32,000 bases of DNA. Source: Methanosphaera stadtmanae DSM 3091 (lineage in GTDB: Archaea; Methanobacteriota; Methanobacteria; Methanobacteriales; Methanobacteriaceae). The translations under genes were made by a program, and so were the position numbers. The stretch is taken from positions 1,470,001 through 1,502,000 of the forward strand of contig NC_007681.1 of the NCBI RefSeq assembly GCF_000012545.1, in the 5' to 3' direction. Below, piece by piece: positions 28,661 through 32,000 of this stretch. Numbering within the stretch: position 1 is the first letter of the stretch; the number at the start of each line of letters is the position of its first letter. The notes beneath the pieces are model-generated. The model saw nothing but the letters and a program-made list of their open reading frames with translations, searched no databases and was not told the origin of the DNA.

Positions 28661-30007
28661 ATGAAAAACATATTAATTAGTGATGCTAATCATGGTGGAC
28701 TTACACTTCTTGAAGAATATTCAAAATACACCAAGAATAATTTATTTTTCTATGATACATACAACAAACTTAATTTAGATATGAAAGAATTTTATAAAAA
28801 AAAATATAATGTTGAGTTTCTTTCATTAGATGATATTAGGAAAAATGAGGATAAATATATTACAATTAGTCCCATACATATGAAACCATTATTTAGGTGT
28901 GATTATACTCATCATGAATTTACAGGATATTTAATTAAAAAACATGAAGAATGTTATGGATGGAATTTTAAGATTATAGAAATTACTGGTGTTAAGGGAA
29001 AAACTACAACTGCAAACTTAATAATGGAAGTTTTAAAAAATAAAAATCTTCTTGTTTTAACAAGCCATAATCTTCTATATAAAAGTTGTGAAAGGGAGAT
29101 TGTTTTGGATAAAACACTGAGTATCACACCAGCCAGTATAATTCATGCCCTTAATAGAGCAAAAGATATGAATTTACTCAGTAGTATTGATTACTGTATT
29201 TTTGAAGTATCTCTTGGTATAACAACAAATACAGACATTGGTATTCTAACAAATATATTAGAGGATTATCCAATTGCAGATAATAGCCAAAGTGCATCTA
29301 GTGCAAAAAAATCAGTTTTTAAATCAAAAAAGGTTATTTGTGATAGAACTACCCTTAAGAAGTACTACCCACACATGGACAAAAATATTATAACTGTTAG
29401 TTTAGATGATAAAACTGCAGACATCTATACAACAGAGATTGATTATAATATTAAGAGTACTTCAATTAGAATAAAATACTGTGACTATGAATTTAGAGTG
29501 AATTGTTTTGCCCTATGTGATTTTTATATAAATAACATACTATATGCTGTGTGTGTTGGTTTGTTGTTGGATATTCCAATAAAAACAATTACCTCAAATA
29601 TAAAGGATACTCTACCAATAGAAGGTAGAGGATCAATTAAATATATTGAAGATAAAATAGTTCTTGAAGATATTAATCCAGGACTTAACACCACATCCAT
29701 ATCAAAATGTATTTCAAATCTAGAGAGATATTCAAATAATTATGTGTTGATTGTTGGTGGAGATTATGGTATAACTTGTGAGGAAATAGATGAAGAGAAG
29801 TTATCTAAATACATATCCACCATAGATTCACCTATTGTTTTAACAGGAGATGTTGGATATAATCTATTAAAAAAATTAGATAAAGACTATGAATTCTATC
29901 ATGAACTCACTGATGCTTTTAATTATTTACTTAAAAAGGATTATGATGTTATTCAAATAATTTACAGAAGTGAGTATGCTAGAAATATTACATATCTTCC
30001 AAATTAA
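28661..30007 (+). CDS. cfbE: Mur-ligase-family protein, probable coenzyme F430 synthetase (CfbE-like); alternative is a pseudomurein peptide ligase
   Basis: P-loop ITGVKGKTTTANL, EVSLG and LTNILEDY are Mur-ligase central-domain motifs. The N-terminus ILISDANHGGLTLLEEY resembles the start I recall for CfbE homologs. Adjacent to hemC rather than to other cell-wall ligases. The call needs a profile search. Confidence 0.5.
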   Translation: MKNILISDANHGGLTLLEEYSKYTKNNLFFYDTYNKLNLDMKEFYKKKYNVEFLSLDDIRKNEDKYITISPIHMKPLFRCDYTHHEFTGYLIKKHEECYGWNFKIIEITGVKGKTTTANLIMEVLKNKNLLVLTSHNLLYKSCEREIVLDKTLSITPASIIHALNRAKDMNLLSSIDYCIFEVSLGITTNTDIGILTNILEDYPIADNSQSASSAKKSVFKSKKVICDRTTLKKYYPHMDKNIITVSLDDKTADIYTTEIDYNIKSTSIRIKYCDYEFRVNCFALCDFYINNILYAVCVGLLLDIPIKTITSNIKDTLPIEGRGSIKYIEDKIVLEDINPGLNTTSISKCISNLERYSNNYVLIVGGDYGITCEEIDEEKLSKYISTIDSPIVLTGDVGYNLLKKLDKDYEFYHELTDAFNYLLKKDYDVIQIIYRSEYARNITYLPN

Positions 30008-30245
30008 ATATAAATTGAAACTAATTAAAATTATTTGTAAGAGTATAAAAAGAAGAAGTAACTTATTGAGTAATATATTTATTTAAATCAAAGACATGGT
30101 AAAAATATATTAAATAAATTAAATATATAATAATAAAGAGTGAATAAATAATTTACTAATTTTTTTTAAGATAAAAAAAAATTAATTATCACTACTACAA
30201 AATACGTGACTAAAATTATCACGTCAAGTCGAGGAGGCAGATTAA

Positions 30246-31118
30246 TTGATAGTTGGTACTAGAGGTAGTAAACTGGCCACCACACAAACTAAAACTGTTG
30301 TAAAAGCTCTTGAAGAAATTACTGGAGAAGAAATTGAAACTAAAATAATTAAAACAACAGGAGATAAGATTAAAAATTCACAGTTATATAATATTGATGC
30401 TAAAGGTATATTTACAAAAGAATTAGACACAGCCCTCATTGATGGAAGTATTGATTTTGCCGTACATAGTTTTAAGGATTTACCTAGTGAATTAAATGAC
30501 CAGCTTACAATAACTGCCATACCTCAAAGAGAAGCTATTAATGAAGTATTAATTTCTAATTATTCATGGGATGAACTACCAGAAAATGCTACATTAGGTA
30601 CAAGTAGTGTTAGAAGAGAAGCATTCTGTAAATTACATGGTAAAAAGATTCAAACAAAACCTATACGTGGAAATATAGATACTCGTATACGTAAAGTTGA
30701 AGAAGGAGAGTATGATGCTACAATAATGGCTTTAGCAGGTATTAACCGATTAGGCCTACAGGAACATATAAAAGAAGTATTTGATGAACAATACATAACT
30801 CCTCCTGCAGGACAAGGAGCTTTAGCTGTGATGACACATAAAGATTCAGAATATAATGATGTTATTTCAAAATTAAATCATGAAGATTCTAGAATTGAAG
30901 CTATGACAGAAAAAGCTATTCTTGAAACTATAGGTGTTGGATGCCAATGGCCTATTGGTATAGTCTCAAAGGTAGATGGTAATAACATAAATATACATTG
31001 TAAATTATTAAGTCCTGAAGGTAAACTTTTAGCAGATGTAAACAAAACAACAGATAAAAACAATGCTATTAATACTGCAAAAGTTATTGGAACAAAATTA
31101 AGAGAGGATACTTTATGA
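30246..31118 (+). CDS. hemC: Hydroxymethylbilane synthase (porphobilinogen deaminase)
   Basis: IVGTRGSKLATTQT, AVHSFKDLP, LGTSSVRR, RGNIDTRIRK and GCQWPIG with the dipyrromethane Cys. TTG start at 30246, 8 nt downstream of a strong GAGGAGG RBS (30231-30237). Confidence 0.9.
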   Translation: MIVGTRGSKLATTQTKTVVKALEEITGEEIETKIIKTTGDKIKNSQLYNIDAKGIFTKELDTALIDGSIDFAVHSFKDLPSELNDQLTITAIPQREAINEVLISNYSWDELPENATLGTSSVRREAFCKLHGKKIQTKPIRGNIDTRIRKVEEGEYDATIMALAGINRLGLQEHIKEVFDEQYITPPAGQGALAVMTHKDSEYNDVISKLNHEDSRIEAMTEKAILETIGVGCQWPIGIVSKVDGNNINIHCKLLSPEGKLLADVNKTTDKNNAINTAKVIGTKLREDTL

Positions 31119-32000
31119 AACAGACAAATGTAGGTGTTATTGGAGTAGGATCTATGGGTTACAACCACGTACGTATATACTCTGAATTAGAAAATGCGAA
31201 TTTAGTAGCTATATCAGATATGGTACGAGGTACACTTGATAAGGTATCGAAAGAATTTAATACTGTAGGTTATGTTGATTATGATAATATACTTCAAATT
31301 GATGATATTGAAGTAGTAAATATCTGTGTACCAACAGTATTCCATCATGATGTAGTTATGCGGGCAATAGAAGCAGGAAAAAATGTACTTGTAGAAAAAC
31401 CTATTGCTTCAAAATTAAATGAAGCAGAAGAAATGATCAAAGCAGCAGAAGACGCAGGTGTAACTTTGGCAACAGGACATGTTGAAAGATTTAATCCGGC
31501 TGTAAGAGTTGCAAAAAAATTAATTGATGAAGGAGCAATAGGTGAAGTTGTAACTGCAAATTCAAAAAGATTAGGTCCTTTTCCTCCAAGAATACGTGAT
31601 GTTGGAGTTGCTATCGATTTAGCAATACATGATATTGATATTTTCAATTACCTATTTAATAGTAGGGCAAATACTGTATTTGCAAATATGAGTAGTAAAC
31701 TTAAAAATTGTGAGTTTGAAGACCATGCAGAAATTATGACTAAATATGATAGTGGAGTTTTAAGTATACTTGAAACTAACTGGTTAACACCATATAAAAA
31801 ACGTCAATTAAATATTACTGGAATTGACGGAATTATAAGTGTTGATTATGGAAATCAAACTGTTACATTATTTAAAGAAAATAATCAGGTTGAAGACATA
31901 AAAGTTGAAAATAAAGAACCTCTCAAAGAAGAATTAAGATCATTTGTTGATTGTGTACAAAACAATACTCCTCCAGAAGTATCTGGTAAAGATGGATATG
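31115..32000 (+). CDS. Gfo/Idh/MocA-family NAD(P)-dependent oxidoreductase, 3' end cut by window edge
   Basis: Not in the ORF track because there is no stop within the window. Hand translation: MKQTNVGVIGVGSMGYNHVRIYSELENANLVAISD...VNICVPTVFHHDVVMRAIEAGKNVLVEKPIA...GHVERFNPA. The ATG overlaps the hemC stop (ATGA at 31115-31118). Confidence 0.75.
   Translation, partial: MKQTNVGVIGVGSMGYNHVRIYSELENANLVAISDMVRGTLDKVSKEFNTVGYVDYDNILQIDDIEVVNICVPTVFHHDVVMRAIEAGKNVLVEKPIASKLNEAEEMIKAAEDAGVTLATGHVERFNPAVRVAKKLIDEGAIGEVVTANSKRLGPFPPRIRDVGVAIDLAIHDIDIFNYLFNSRANTVFANMSSKLKNCEFEDHAEIMTKYDSGVLSILETNWLTPYKKRQLNITGIDGIISVDYGNQTVTLFKENNQVEDIKVENKEPLKEELRSFVDCVQNNTPPEVSGKDGY

Noticed and set aside
1-32000. 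Searched for CRISPR arrays, rRNA genes, integrases/transposases, prophage or defence-island signatures, and in-frame stop-codon recoding.
   Set aside because: No regularly spaced direct repeats, no GC-rich rRNA-like stretches and no recombinase-like ORFs. Every substantial ORF has a housekeeping-type assignment and an uninterrupted reading frame.

Overview
Very AT-rich chromosomal segment from a methanogenic archaeon, probably Methanobacteriales such as Methanosphaera or Methanobrevibacter (inferred from gene content, not verified). Supporting genes: split GMP synthase (guaAA/guaAB), pyruvoyl arginine decarboxylase, two geranylgeranyl-reductase paralogs, an FrhB-family F420 subunit, KEOPS Cgi121, NreA, archaeal Trm11 and a CfbE-like Mur-ligase next to hemC. 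I support 29 protein-coding genes, two of them cut by the window edges and one a 55-codon membrane ORF missing from the ORF track. Most are housekeeping: purine salvage, lipid, amino-acid, tRNA-modification, NAD(P) and tetrapyrrole metabolism. I found no rRNA, convincing tRNA, CRISPR array or transposase. The most interesting signal is non-coding. A ~350-420 bp ORF-free element occurs twice on the + strand (812-1226 and 9351-9696), each time between convergent genes. Each copy has a GGTATACC palindrome, a BRE/TATA promoter, a 5' hairpin at the predicted start site, anti-Shine-Dalgarno-like CACCU/CUCCU islands and a double oligo-T terminator. I propose it as a candidate undescribed small-RNA gene family. 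Copy B opens an unusual 1.7 kb gene desert (9086-10790) that also holds a GC-enriched structured island and a 17-bp hairpin. Secondary points: a bacterial-type LonA, an unfused NADP-phosphatase/NAD-kinase pair, an ASCH-TPR fusion coupled to a radical-SAM activase, NreA with a canonical C-terminal PIP box overlapped by the next gene's start, and a PH-domain membrane protein with an N/Q/Y-rich tail. All product calls come from motif recognition by eye; no database search was run.
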